Positions 38,789-50,000 of a stretch of 64,000 bases of DNA are shown here, one piece after another (within the stretch, counting starts at the first letter, position 1; every line of letters starts with the position of its first letter). Origin of the DNA: Coriobacteriia bacterium. Lineage in GTDB: Bacteria > Actinomycetota > Coriobacteriia > Coriobacteriales > UBA8131. The stretch spans positions 27,219-91,218 of the forward strand of contig WRNE01000004.1 of assembly GCA_009776725.1 (NCBI GenBank). Direction: 5' to 3'. The translations under genes were made by a program, and so were the position numbers. The notes beneath the pieces are model-generated. The model did not search any database. It worked only from the letters and a program-made list of their open reading frames with translations, and had not been told where the DNA came from.

Positions 38789-39805
38789 ATGGACGAGCAT
38801 AATTATCAAAACGATCAAAGGTCATTGCTAGTTTTATGGCCAACTGGGAAATGCAACCTCGCCTGCCGGTATTGTTATGCCGCAGGTGTCTGCCAGCAGG
38901 ACATGGAAGCCGAAGTCGCCGTCCAGGCGATCGACTTGATGCGCGAGCCTTTAAACATCCAGTTTGCTGGCGGCGAGCCATTGTTAAATATCAGTTTGAT
39001 CAAAACAGTCTGCGAGTATGCTTCTGCCCATAAACAGGATGTCCGGTTCTCTATCCAGACTAACGGCAGTTTGATCGATGCCAATGCTATCGGTCTTATC
39101 AAACAGTACAAAATCGCATCCGGGGTCAGCCTAGACGGTCGGATTGAGACTAATGAATACCTTCGCGGTGACACTTTTCAAGTAATCAAAGGCATCAATT
39201 TGTTATATGAGGCGGGACTGGCTACAAATATTAACGCGGTCGTCAGTGACTACAACGTCTCAAAGCTCACGGAGCTGGTTGATATGGCTGTTTACCTGGG
39301 AAACATTAACGGTATCGGACTTGATTTATTACGAAAAGCAGGACAAGGCGCTAGCCCGCAAGCAACTTTGAAGCAAGCCGACAAAGACGAGTTGCGCCAA
39401 GGCTTAAGGGATTTATATGCATATACCCAAAACATCAACAAATCGTTAGACAACAAGATAATCATCCGTGAGTTTGAAAAAGCACGGATCCTCTGGCAGA
39501 CCCGGCCGCAAGAGCCGAGCTACTGCTACGCCGCACAAGGCCAGTCTTTTGTCGTCTTGCCAAATGGAGACTGTTATCCCTGTGGAAGCTTGGCTGAAAT
39601 CCCCCAATACTATATGGGAAACGTCAGTGAGTCTGTCAAGTCCCTGGCAATAAGCTGTAAGCCTTATGAAGGATGCACTTTATGTGAATACCATAGCTTC
39701 TGCCCTGGAGCCTGTCCCTCGAGAGGCTTGTTAAACGGTGGTTTCGACGAACTAGATTGCGTGATGCGCAAAACTACTTTCGATTTGATCAAGGAGGAAT
39801 TATGA
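38789..39805 (+). CDS. radical SAM enzyme with C-terminal SPASM-like Cys cluster
   Basis: 338 aa. PTGKCNLACRYCYA (CxxxCxxC), GGEPLL. C-terminal CYAAQ...GDCYPCG...CTLCEYHSFCPGACPS. Confidence 0.8.
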   Translation: MDEHNYQNDQRSLLVLWPTGKCNLACRYCYAAGVCQQDMEAEVAVQAIDLMREPLNIQFAGGEPLLNISLIKTVCEYASAHKQDVRFSIQTNGSLIDANAIGLIKQYKIASGVSLDGRIETNEYLRGDTFQVIKGINLLYEAGLATNINAVVSDYNVSKLTELVDMAVYLGNINGIGLDLLRKAGQGASPQATLKQADKDELRQGLRDLYAYTQNINKSLDNKIIIREFEKARILWQTRPQEPSYCYAAQGQSFVVLPNGDCYPCGSLAEIPQYYMGNVSESVKSLAISCKPYEGCTLCEYHSFCPGACPSRGLLNGGFDELDCVMRKTTFDLIKEEL

Positions 39806-40965
39806 AGCAGAAGTTGAAACACCCCTTGTCAGTGTTTCTAACTGGGGTTTTAGCCCTTAGTCTTTTGAATGCCTGCAGCACAAAAGACAACGAGCAAGCA
39901 GGAGATGAGGAGGTGGCCATACCCAATGAGTCAAGCGAACTAGATATAAAATACGCAGAATACTTTACTATTGTATATCTAGCCGATGGTGTCAAGCTGG
40001 TCACTGACGCTGATGACCGCGAGCTTTTACTGGTACCCAACGATGTTCCAATACCTAATGGGTATGGGGATAAGATCTTGGTCCGCACCCCCATTGAGCA
40101 CGCTTTCTTCTCGTCAACCACACATGTTGGCTTGATGGGGTCACTTGATGTTGACAGCCTATATGATTCGATAGCCGCGGTCTCCACTGAAGAGTCTAGT
40201 TGGACTACCCCACAGGTTTTGGAACGTTTTGCCAATGGCCAGATCAAATATATCGCTGGAGGGACAATCGATGTGCCTGACGCTGAAATTGTACTTGGCC
40301 TTGGTTTAGACATCTACTTCTCAATTGCTTACCCCGGACTTGGGAGGCTCAGCCAATACGAGGAAGTGGGGATTACTTATGCAGCAGTAGGCGAATGGAT
40401 GGAGAAGTCCAATCCCGCCTATATGGAATGGATAAAGTTCTTTGCTGCCTTTTACAACCTAGACGAACTGGCCGACCAGGTGTTTGAGGCAAAAATGCAG
40501 AGGATGGCCGAGCTGAGCGCCCTTGTTCAAGACATCCCTGACGACCAACGCCCAGTAGTCGCCTATGTCCAGGTTTACAACGGAAGTGTCCATACACAAA
40601 GCAGTGACTCGACCACTGCTAAGGAGATTTACAATGCCGGGGCTAACTATTACCTCGAAGACTTAGGCGGCGAAGGCAACCCGCAGATCAGTATGGAGGA
40701 GTTCTTTGACAAAGCTAGAGATGCCGATATCTTGGTTTACTACGGCTTGATTGACTACACTCCAGACAAGGCCGCCCTGCTTGAGGTCGACCCCCTGTTC
40801 GGCGAGTTGAAGTCCTTCCAGAACGACCAGGTCTATATTTTCGCTTCCGACTACTACATGAACAGCGCCGCCAAAGACACCTTGTTCGAAGACATGATGA
40901 CGATCTTCCATCCAGACCTTATGCCTGACCACGAGCTACGCTTGATTATTAAGCTGCCCGACTAG
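39802..40965 (+). CDS. class III (BtuF/FhuD-like) substrate-binding lipoprotein, paralogue 1
   Basis: MKQKLKHPLSVFLTGVLALSLLNAC lipobox. ATGA overlap with the radical SAM stop. Periplasmic-binding-protein-like length and layout. Confidence 0.78.
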   Translation: MKQKLKHPLSVFLTGVLALSLLNACSTKDNEQAGDEEVAIPNESSELDIKYAEYFTIVYLADGVKLVTDADDRELLLVPNDVPIPNGYGDKILVRTPIEHAFFSSTTHVGLMGSLDVDSLYDSIAAVSTEESSWTTPQVLERFANGQIKYIAGGTIDVPDAEIVLGLGLDIYFSIAYPGLGRLSQYEEVGITYAAVGEWMEKSNPAYMEWIKFFAAFYNLDELADQVFEAKMQRMAELSALVQDIPDDQRPVVAYVQVYNGSVHTQSSDSTTAKEIYNAGANYYLEDLGGEGNPQISMEEFFDKARDADILVYYGLIDYTPDKAALLEVDPLFGELKSFQNDQVYIFASDYYMNSAAKDTLFEDMMTIFHPDLMPDHELRLIIKLPD

Positions 40966-41037
40966 CTCAAACAAGCCAGTAAGCAGGCATCACACAACAA
41001 GCACACAAGCATTTTATTATGAAGTTAAGGAGCCTTG

Positions 41038-42204
41038 ATGAGAAAGCATAACAATAAGACAGTATCGGTCAGTTTGGTTTTATGCATTATTTTAAGCCTT
41101 TTATGCTCTTGTAGTCCTTATGCTGAAAACGGGACGCCTCAAAACTCAGAAAACGAAGCTAGCGAAAAACCCACTGAGCTTAAGATAAAGTATGCCCAAT
41201 ACTTTAGTATTCAATATATGGAGAAAGGCATCAAGCTGATTACTGATGCCGAGGGCCGGGTCTTGCTGCTGGTTCCAGACGATGTCGATGTACCCTCGGG
41301 CTACGATGATGCCAATCTGGTCCGCACCCCTATCCAAAAAGCGTTTTATGGCTCTCCAACTCATATAGGCCAGCTAGCCGTCCTTGACCAAGAGTTTCTA
41401 TACGACTCGATAATAGCCTTGTCAACAGACCCAGCCCAGTGGACAAACCCTGAAATCACAAAGCGTTTCGAGAACGGTCAAATTGAGTATGTCCCAACTT
41501 CAGGCATGTCGCTGCCTGATATTGAGACAATTCTGACCATTGACCCGGATGTTTATTTTATCGACGCTCAGCCAAGCCGATCGGAAGACCTTTTATTTGA
41601 CGAAGTAGGCATATATTACTCAGCCGTAGGAGAGTATTTGGAGAAATCATATGAAGCCCAGATAGAATGGATCAAATATTTCGGTGCTTTTTACAATATA
41701 GACGAATATGCAAACACGGTTTTCGAAGAGAAAATCGCTAGATTAGTAGAAATACGCAGCCTAGCAGCAAATCTAGCAGAGGATGAGAAGCCACTCGTTG
41801 CTTGTGGAATGTATTCAAGCGGCACAATTTACACCAGGACCAGCGATTCGATGATTGCCAAAGGTATAAGGGATACTGGGGGCATTTACTACATAGAAGG
41901 CTTGTTTGCCGAAGGCAACCCCCGTATCAGTATGGAAGACTTCTTTGACAATGCCCGCGACGCAGATATATTGATCTATACAATCGCAATTACATTTATG
42001 CCTGATCGAGCGAGCCTGATTGAGTCAGACCCGCTTTTTGGCGATATTAAGGCGGTTCAAAATAACCAAGTCTATATTTTTGCTGCGGATTATTACATGA
42101 ACAACGTCCAAGCCGATGTTTTACTCGAAGACATGCTGACGATTCTTCATCCAGACTTAATGCCTGACCACGAGCTACGCTTGATTGTCAAATTACCTGA
42201 TTAA
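41038..42204 (+). CDS. class III substrate-binding lipoprotein, paralogue 2
   Basis: ATG 41038 after TAAGGAG. Lipobox LSLLCSC. Collinear similarity to paralogue 1 (IKYAQYFSI..., LVRTPI..., EWIKYFGAFYN..., HPDLMPDHELRLIVKLPD). Confidence 0.78.
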   Translation: MRKHNNKTVSVSLVLCIILSLLCSCSPYAENGTPQNSENEASEKPTELKIKYAQYFSIQYMEKGIKLITDAEGRVLLLVPDDVDVPSGYDDANLVRTPIQKAFYGSPTHIGQLAVLDQEFLYDSIIALSTDPAQWTNPEITKRFENGQIEYVPTSGMSLPDIETILTIDPDVYFIDAQPSRSEDLLFDEVGIYYSAVGEYLEKSYEAQIEWIKYFGAFYNIDEYANTVFEEKIARLVEIRSLAANLAEDEKPLVACGMYSSGTIYTRTSDSMIAKGIRDTGGIYYIEGLFAEGNPRISMEDFFDNARDADILIYTIAITFMPDRASLIESDPLFGDIKAVQNNQVYIFAADYYMNNVQADVLLEDMLTILHPDLMPDHELRLIVKLPD

Positions 42205-42264
42205 CAATGGGCCAGGCAAATAAAAAACCATGATAAACAGTTATACAAGCAAAAAAAAAGTAGG

Positions 42265-44202
42265 ATGCAAAAAATGAACAGGACTATATTTCCCTTCACT
42301 GCTGTGCTTGGCCAAGAAAAGGTAAAGAACGCTTTGCTCTGGAACATTATCAATCCGCGCATTGGCGGTGTCTTAATAAGTGGAGAAAAAGGCACTGCTA
42401 AGTCCACGTTGGTTCGGGGAAGTGCGGTATTAGCCGGTGATATGAAAATAGTCGAGCTGCCTTTAAATATTACAGAAGACCGACTGGTGGGTTCGATCGA
42501 TTTAAAACACGCCTTAATCCATGGCAAACGTGAGCTTGACCCAGGTGTCTTAAAAGACGCAGACGGGAATATCCTATATGTGGACGAGGTCAACCTACTA
42601 AGCGACCATATTATCAACTGCCTCCTAGAAGTTGCTGCAAGCGGCATAAACCATATAGAGCGAGAAGGCATTTCGCTTTCACATGATTCACGCTTTATCT
42701 TAATTGGCAGCATGAACCCCGAAGAGGGCCAGATGCGACCGCAAATCCTTGACCGTTTTGGGCTCTATGTTGAAGTAGAGGGAGAAAAGGATCTTCTCCA
42801 GAGAATGGAGATAGTCAGGCGCCGGCTAGATTTCGAGGACGACCCGATAGCTTTCATTGAGCGCTATACAGAAGAGACAAGGGGGCTAGCCGAACGTATA
42901 AAGGCAGCTATAAGTATCCTGCCAAAAGTCGAGGTCACAGAAAATGCCCTGCTCCTCGCATCGACTTTAACAGAAAACGCATTTTGTGCCGGCCACCGGG
43001 GTGAAATATGCCTAATCGAGACTGCTAAAGCCATCGCAGCCTTTGATGGGCGCTGGATGTTAAACCTTGACGACATCCAAACTGCTGCCGCATATGCCCT
43101 GCCGCACCGAGCCCAAAGCCCACCACCACCCTTGCCCGACGAGCTTGAAAACGAGCAGCAAGAAGACGAAGACCAGGAAGACCAGGAGACAGAGAGCCCC
43201 GAGGAGCCACCAGAGGCTGATCCACCGAAAACAGATGAAAACGAAGAAGAAGAGGTTGACGAGTCAGAAGAACCCGACTACTTGCCCCCGGACTTTGACT
43301 CAACACCCCCAGAGCCAGAAACAGACACAGATGATGACGACATAGATCAAGCTGAAGACGATATCCAAGAAGCAGGAGAACTATTCGTCATACCCCGCTG
43401 GGTGTCCAAACCTATTCCGAAAAAGGCAAAAAGAGGGTCAGGACGACGCAATGTGGTTCGTTCGGGAACCAACCAAGGCCGCTATGTCAAATACCGCCTA
43501 GCGGGAGAAGAACGAGTAAATGACCTGGCTTTTGACGCCACAATCCGAGCTGCTGCAGCTTATCAGCTGGTTCGTGACAAAGGGAGCAGAGCAATAGCTA
43601 TCGAGCATGATGACTTACGTGTCAAAGTAAGGGAGAAGCGCACGGGAAATTGCATATTGTTTGTAGTAGACGCCAGTGCCTCAATGGGGGCAAACCGGAG
43701 AATGACCGAGGTCAAGGCAGCTATTATCTCGATGTTGAATGTCTCCTATCAAAAACGTGACAAGGTAGGATTAATCGCTTTTCGCAAAAATGAAGCAGAG
43801 TCGTTATTGAGCATCACCCGTTCAGTAGACTTAGCGCAAAAGAATCTTGAAGCTTTACCGACTGGTGGGAAAACCCCCCTCGCTAAAGGCTTGGACCTAG
43901 CATACGAAGTCATCATGGGTCTGAAGCGAAAAGATCCAGACGCCCTCCCCACTTTGGTCCTAGTTACAGACGGCAGGGCCAGTGGTTCAAGAATGCCTGG
44001 CAGCAACCCGTTCCAAGATGCCTTAAAGTCGGCGGCTCGTATCGGCAACCAAAACATTAACACCATTGTCCTAGACACAGAAAACGACTTTATTCGTTTT
44101 CACCTCTGCAGTGAATTAAACGAAAAGCTGAATGGAACCCTCATCACCATGGAAGAACTGAAAGCAGACGGCATCGTGGAGGCGATTTCGAGATTTAGAT
44201 GA
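42265..44202 (+). CDS. ChlD/BchD-type chelatase subunit (AAA+ module, acidic Pro-rich linker, vWA/MIDAS domain)
   Basis: 645 aa. [17 protein letters not shown]...GEKGTAKST. Linker [21 protein letters not shown]... C-terminal vWA with VVDASASMG (DxSxS) and TDGRA. Confidence 0.85.
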   Translation: MQKMNRTIFPFTAVLGQEKVKNALLWNIINPRIGGVLISGEKGTAKSTLVRGSAVLAGDMKIVELPLNITEDRLVGSIDLKHALIHGKRELDPGVLKDADGNILYVDEVNLLSDHIINCLLEVAASGINHIEREGISLSHDSRFILIGSMNPEEGQMRPQILDRFGLYVEVEGEKDLLQRMEIVRRRLDFEDDPIAFIERYTEETRGLAERIKAAISILPKVEVTENALLLASTLTENAFCAGHRGEICLIETAKAIAAFDGRWMLNLDDIQTAAAYALPHRAQSPPPPLPDELENEQQEDEDQEDQETESPEEPPEADPPKTDENEEEEVDESEEPDYLPPDFDSTPPEPETDTDDDDIDQAEDDIQEAGELFVIPRWVSKPIPKKAKRGSGRRNVVRSGTNQGRYVKYRLAGEERVNDLAFDATIRAAAAYQLVRDKGSRAIAIEHDDLRVKVREKRTGNCILFVVDASASMGANRRMTEVKAAIISMLNVSYQKRDKVGLIAFRKNEAESLLSITRSVDLAQKNLEALPTGGKTPLAKGLDLAYEVIMGLKRKDPDALPTLVLVTDGRASGSRMPGSNPFQDALKSAARIGNQNINTIVLDTENDFIRFHLCSELNEKLNGTLITMEELKADGIVEAISRFR

Positions 44203-44203
44203 T

Positions 44204-45448
44204 ATGGAGGATACAATGCTTTTAACTGTACTTTGCACTAATGAAGAAGTCCATTTCTACAAGCAGTCGATTGTCTTGTTTTTCAATGGAAATCGTAAAG
44301 TAATCAGTACCGGGCCGCATAACGGGGGGTACCGGGAGAACCTAACGGCAGTTTTTAACAATGACGGCACAGTGGGTGCTGGAATGGCCAGCCCTTTATT
44401 GGCGCCCACATACGAAGAGCACATGGTCATACGTTCCGAGCAGTTAGGCCTAGATGCTGCCACTGTGACAGGAATCTCCACAGCGGCTCAAATGGAAAAT
44501 GTGTCTATTAAAAGCGAGACTTATAAAGACATTACTGTCACAGCGATTGTCACAGGGGGTGTGGAGACAAACGGGGGCCGGGTTGGCGACCCAGCCTCAT
44601 ATGACGAGCTTGAAGGAAAATCATTTGACAAGCCTGCCCATGGGACCATCAATATCATCCTGCATATCAACGTTGACCTGACAGAGGGTGCTTTAGCCAG
44701 GGCAATAGTCACTTGTACAGAAGCAAAGACAGCTGCTTTACAAGAGTTAATGGCACCCAGCCGATATTCGATCGGCCTAGCCACCGGGTCAGGTACAGAC
44801 TCCACAATAGTGATAGCCAACTCTGACTCGCCAATCAAGCTAAGCAACTCTGGGAAGCATTGCAAGTTAGGGGAGTTGATCGGCTTGACCGTCAAAGCTG
44901 CCGTTTCCGAAGCACTGTTCTTCCAAACCGGCCTTTCTCCTGAATCGCAGCATGACGTAATCAAGCGGGTCAGCCGTTTCGGTATTACAGAAGACCTGCT
45001 TTTTGAGCGTTACATTACGAAAAGCGAGGGAACATTGAACCGGGCACAGTTTGCTGACCAAGCTGCTTGGTTGATGCGCCAGGGCTCCTTGGTGTCGACT
45101 GTATCCCTTTACGCCCACTTGATCGACCAGATGACGTGGGGGCTCTTGTCGATTGACGAAGCCAAAGAACTGGCCTCTGAATTATTGAAAATCATCAAAA
45201 TGCCGCCACTTGTCGAACAAGATACAGCCACAACCATGGAATGCTTGCACCAGCTGACGAATGCCTTGATAGAAGGCCTTGTCCAAAAAATGATCAAACC
45301 AGACGATGGGGATAAGAACAACGTGCTTCAAACCGACCTTATCCTATGTAACGGCCAGCTTAAAGGCACAGATAAGCCAAAAGGTAAAGAGAATGAAGCC
45401 GAAGCTGGTGAAGAAGCCGAGGAGCTTGTAAACGATGATCAGTTATAG
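44204..45448 (+). CDS. cbiZ: CbiZ-like adenosylcobinamide amidohydrolase with ~170-aa C-terminal extension
   Basis: 414 aa. TAIVTGGVETNGGRVGDP, GTINIILHINVDLTEGALARAIVTCTEAKTAAL and GLATGSGTDSTIV match my recollection of CbiZ family motifs. The tail has no assigned family. Confidence 0.7.
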   Translation: MEDTMLLTVLCTNEEVHFYKQSIVLFFNGNRKVISTGPHNGGYRENLTAVFNNDGTVGAGMASPLLAPTYEEHMVIRSEQLGLDAATVTGISTAAQMENVSIKSETYKDITVTAIVTGGVETNGGRVGDPASYDELEGKSFDKPAHGTINIILHINVDLTEGALARAIVTCTEAKTAALQELMAPSRYSIGLATGSGTDSTIVIANSDSPIKLSNSGKHCKLGELIGLTVKAAVSEALFFQTGLSPESQHDVIKRVSRFGITEDLLFERYITKSEGTLNRAQFADQAAWLMRQGSLVSTVSLYAHLIDQMTWGLLSIDEAKELASELLKIIKMPPLVEQDTATTMECLHQLTNALIEGLVQKMIKPDDGDKNNVLQTDLILCNGQLKGTDKPKGKENEAEAGEEAEELVNDDQL

Positions 45449-46286
45449 CAATGTCACTAAGGCTTATGGCGAGATCGTCGCTGTTTCAGGCTTGAACCTA
45501 GAGATCCGGACGGGGGAGTTCTTTGGTTTACTCGGCCCAAATGGTGCAGGCAAGACTACGATCATGCGTATGACTGCGACTCTGACGCCGCTTACAACAG
45601 GGCAGATCACAATTGACGGTCAGCCCATAAGCCGCAACCTGGTCGAGGTCAAGCAAAAAATCGGCGTTGTACCCCAATATAGCAATCTAGAAGGCGAGCT
45701 AACGGCTCGTGAGAACCTAGAATACCATGGGCGTTTGTATGGACTGGGTCGAAACGAGCGCAAACAGCGGATTGACGAGCTACTTGAATTCTCCGAGCTT
45801 ACAGAGCGCAGGAACGACCCTGCGAAAAACTTTTCAGGCGGTATGCAACGGAAGCTGATGATTGCCAAGACCTTGATGCATGATCCAGAGATCTTGTTAC
45901 TGGACGAGCCTACCGTAGGCCTTGATGCGAGCACGCGCCGCCGGATTTGGGACTTCCTTCGCCAAGTCAAGGCAAAGGGACTGACTATTTTCCTCACCAC
46001 CCATTATCTAGAGGAAGCGCAGATGCTCTGTGAGCGGGTTGGCTTGATCGATGAAGGCCGACTGGTCCTAGCAGATGCTCCAGATAAAGTCATTCAGAGC
46101 GTTGGCCAGTTCGTCTTAGAGTATTTCGTTGACGGGCATACCAATCAAGAGTTCTTTATGGACAAGGACACAGCGATTGCTGCTGCGCAATATGTCAACG
46201 GCGATATCAAAGTCCGTGAGACCAACCTTGAGGATGTTTTCATCAAGATGACCAACAAGGACTTGGGGGTGCGCAATGAGATTTAA
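45435..46286 (+). CDS. ABC-2-type exporter ATP-binding protein
   Basis: 283 aa. GPNGAGKTT, FSGGMQRKLMIAK, ILLLDEPTVGLD. 14-nt overlap with cbiZ. Confidence 0.85.
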   Translation: MISYSNVTKAYGEIVAVSGLNLEIRTGEFFGLLGPNGAGKTTIMRMTATLTPLTTGQITIDGQPISRNLVEVKQKIGVVPQYSNLEGELTARENLEYHGRLYGLGRNERKQRIDELLEFSELTERRNDPAKNFSGGMQRKLMIAKTLMHDPEILLLDEPTVGLDASTRRRIWDFLRQVKAKGLTIFLTTHYLEEAQMLCERVGLIDEGRLVLADAPDKVIQSVGQFVLEYFVDGHTNQEFFMDKDTAIAAAQYVNGDIKVRETNLEDVFIKMTNKDLGVRNEI

Positions 46287-47004
46287 CTCAATCCTCTGGA
46301 AGGAATGGATGGTCTTTAAGAACCGCTTTTTGTCAACAACCCTAGGAGCAGTCATCGGCCCGCTGCTTTATCTGATCGCTTTTGGTTGGGGCATCGGCAG
46401 TGCTGTTCAAGTAGACGGAGTCAGCTATACAGCATTCGTTATCCCGGGCATCGTGGCTTTAAACTCGATGACCAATTCGTATAGCTGGGTGGCAAACGAT
46501 ATCAACCTTTCAAGAATTTATGCAAAGACCTTTGAAGCAGTCATGGTAGCCCCGATCAAGATGTCTGTCTATGCTTTTACACGCATCAGTACAAGCGCTT
46601 TTCGAGGTTTATACAGCGCTCTTTTGATCTTGTTGATAGCTTTTGCATTTCAAATCCCTCTACCGCTGGATTGGTACTTCTTTCTCGTTCTACTCCTAAA
46701 CTGCTATGTCTTTGCCACAATTGGCTTCATTGTTGGGCTGCTTGTTGACTCGCATGCTGATATGGCAAAAATATCCAACTTCGTTATTACCCCGATGTCC
46801 TTTCTCTGTGGAACGTTTTTTCCTTTAGAGAGGTTTCCGATAGCCTTAAGGACCGCTTTTAACCTTTTACCCCTCAGTCAAGCCGTATCAGGCATGCGGT
46901 TAGGGTTCACAAGCCTGTCTAGTTTGTTTGTGCCCTTAGTCTTACTGGCATACCTGATTGTCTTGATGCCGATTTCGATAGTCATTTGCAAACGGGCTGA
47001 ATGA
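46276..47004 (+). CDS. ABC-2-type exporter permease
   Basis: 242 aa. Six predicted TM helices. Overlaps the ATPase gene by 11 nt. Confidence 0.8.
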   Translation: MRFNSILWKEWMVFKNRFLSTTLGAVIGPLLYLIAFGWGIGSAVQVDGVSYTAFVIPGIVALNSMTNSYSWVANDINLSRIYAKTFEAVMVAPIKMSVYAFTRISTSAFRGLYSALLILLIAFAFQIPLPLDWYFFLVLLLNCYVFATIGFIVGLLVDSHADMAKISNFVITPMSFLCGTFFPLERFPIALRTAFNLLPLSQAVSGMRLGFTSLSSLFVPLVLLAYLIVLMPISIVICKRAE

Positions 47005-47083
47005 GTAGTTTTTATATAAGACTAGGTAAGAAAAATCATTTATTAATTCGAACAAACCAAGTTGTCCAAGATGGAGGGAACAT

Positions 47084-50000
47084 ATGTTCAAAATAGTTTT
47101 TCTGATAAGTTATAACGGCAGCGAACTGTTTTTTAAGGAGGTTGCAGAAGAGCTCAAAAACGAGCACCCAGGCCAAGTACAGTTCGATTTCTTCAACACT
47201 GGTGACATTGATTATGACGACTCAGTCTATGCAAATTGCCAAACAGCCTTAAAAGACGCAGATCTTGTCTATGTCTATGTACACGGGGGCTTGCCCTATT
47301 TTAAGAAGTTCAATGCCCTACAAAAAGAATTCATGGGGATAATACCTTCGTTTATCAACACTGGAATTGATGACGAGAATGTAGAAATGCAAAAACTGTC
47401 TGCACTCTCGCCTGTCCTTTATAGCGAAATGTACCGGTATCATTTTGTCGGTGGTATCACAAACTATAAAAGCTTCCTATGCCTGGCGCTACGTGAGCTA
47501 GGCAAGATCGACTGTACAGTCGATGAGTTAGTCATGCCTCAGTGGGATGGCTTGTACGCAGTCCCAGCTGAGTACACAGAAGAACAATACCAAAGCATCA
47601 TCGCAGCTGAGAACGAAAAACCGGTTATCGGAATACTTGTCCATTACCATAATGTACTAAACGAAAACACCAGACACATTGATGCCTTGATCGATTCGAT
47701 AAAAGCCCATGGGGCTATTCCTTATGCCATGTTTACCAATGTGGCGCCAATGGGGGAGGCTTATCCTGGTTTAATCGGGGCGATGGATAAGTACTTCTAC
47801 CAAGACGGCAAGGTGATTATCAATGCTTTGATAGTGACTTCGGGCATGTCCCAAAGCGTGCTCTCTTCGCCTGGAGACGGTACCTCACGAGTGGAGACGA
47901 GCGTCTTTGAGCCTTTGGACGTGCCTGTCTTTCAAGCGATGTCTACCTATTACAGTTATCAGCAGTGGTATGAGGCCTTAGCCGGTCTAGATGCCATGAC
48001 ACTTGGGTCCAACGTCTTTCAAACTGAGTTTGATGGACAAATAATCACTGTAACTGTTGCTTGCACCGAAGAACAAGAAACCCCTTTCGGCATTAAGCGC
48101 ATCTTTGCACCCATTCAAGACCGCATTGACAGAGTCGTTCGTCTGGCTATAAATTGGGCAAAGTTGCAAACGATTCCAGCTGACCAAAAAAAGATTGCTA
48201 TCGTCTTACACAACATGCCGCCACGAGCAGACATGATCGGTTGTGCATATGGCTTAGACACACCAGAGTCTGTTTTCAATATGTATAAGATCTTAAAGGA
48301 CGAGGGCACAGTACTAGAAAACGACTACCAAGACGGTCAAGAGATCATCCGTGCCATCATCGAAGGCCTGACCAATGATGGGCGCTTTCGATCGCCTAGT
48401 GAAATGCTTGACCGTGCGGCTGCAGTGGCTGACGAAGTGTCTTATATACCCTGGTTCGAGGCTTTGCCTGAAAAAGTACGCAATGAGCTTTTGCGCGACT
48501 GGGGAGAAGTGCCCGGCGAGTTCATGGTGGTAGACGGGAAGATCTTGGTGCCAGGAATAATCAACGGCAACTTATTCATCGGCCTCCAGCCTCCTCGTGG
48601 GAAGGAAGAGAAAGCCGAAGAGCTGTATCATTCTACGGATATTGTTTGCTCGTACCAGTATCTGGCTTTTTATCGCTATCTGGAATATGTCTTTGAAGCA
48701 GATGTGATCATCCATGTCGGCACCCACGGGACGATTGAATGGCTGCCTGGCAAGGAAATCGGCTTATCCAACGAGTGCTATCCAGACATTGCCATTGGCG
48801 ACCTTCCCCATATCTATCCATATATCATCGATGTGCCGGGTGAAGGGGCTCAAGCTAAAAGGCGGACCGACGCTGTTATCATCGACCATCTCATCCCCTC
48901 TATGACCGAAAGCGGCACATATGGAGAGCTCAACGGTGTAGAGGAGCAGATCGACCAGTACTATACTGCAAAACTTACCGATAGCGGAAAACTGGGCTTG
49001 ATTGCCGAAGAAATCTGGAAGCAGGCACAAGCTATGGACCTGCACACTGACCTGGGGATTAGCGAAGAAGAGTTCTTTGCTGACACCGAAGGCCTTATCC
49101 AGAAAATGCATGTTTGGATCAGTGAGATCAAAAGCTCAAAAATCAAAGACGGACTGCATATTTTCGGTGAGGTGCCCTCAGATCAGCGCTATAGCAATAT
49201 GTTGCGCCTTTTGGTGACCGTGCCCAATGACAAGACCCCTTCACTTAGAGAGGGCCTGGCACTTGCTTTGGACGAGGACCTAGAGGATATGTTGGCTGAT
49301 CCTGGCAAAATCCTCCCTGACGGCAAAACCAATGCAATGCATTTAGAGGCGATAGACGATTTAGGCCGTAGTCTGTTCTCAGCCTTTGCTGAGCAGGACT
49401 TTGCTTTTGAGTCAATTGCCAGCATACTAGCAGCGATCCCCGGAACGAACAAGGATGCTCTAGAAGAGACGCTTGGCTTTGTTGCCCTGGAGATAAAACC
49501 GCGGCTTGATGCAACAACCGACGAGCTGAAGTATTTCCAACATGCCATCAACGGGCGGTTTGTGATTCCTGGCCCTTCAGGGTCACCGAGCCGCGGCAAT
49601 GCCACGATACTGCCAACGGGACGCAACTTCTACATGGTTGACCCAACCGCTTTGCCGTCTCGGTCGGCTTGGGAGACGGGCAAGCTATTGGGTGACCAGA
49701 TGCTGGAGAGTTACCGGGACTTAGAAGGCAAGCTTCCTGAAAGCATCGCAATTGTTGTCTATGCTGGTGAAACGATCAAGACAACTGGAGATGATATAGC
49801 CGAGATCATGTATCTTTACGGTGTTCGGCCGGTTTGGATCCCCAACACCAACCGGGTGATCGACATTGAGCCAATTCCTTTAGAGGAGCTCGGCAGGCCC
49901 CGTATAGACGTTACATTACGTATCAGCGGTCTTTTCAGGGATACTTTCCCCAATTTGATAGAACGCATCGAAGACGCCGTAAACCTAGTTGCTGCGCTTG

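Noticed and set aside
39789-42713. The 174-aa and 170-aa minus-strand ORFs (39789..40313, 42201..42713) and other antisense ORFs in the operon.
   Set aside because: They lie opposite well-supported plus-strand genes (SBP 1, ChlD-like). No RBS or family resemblance was found.
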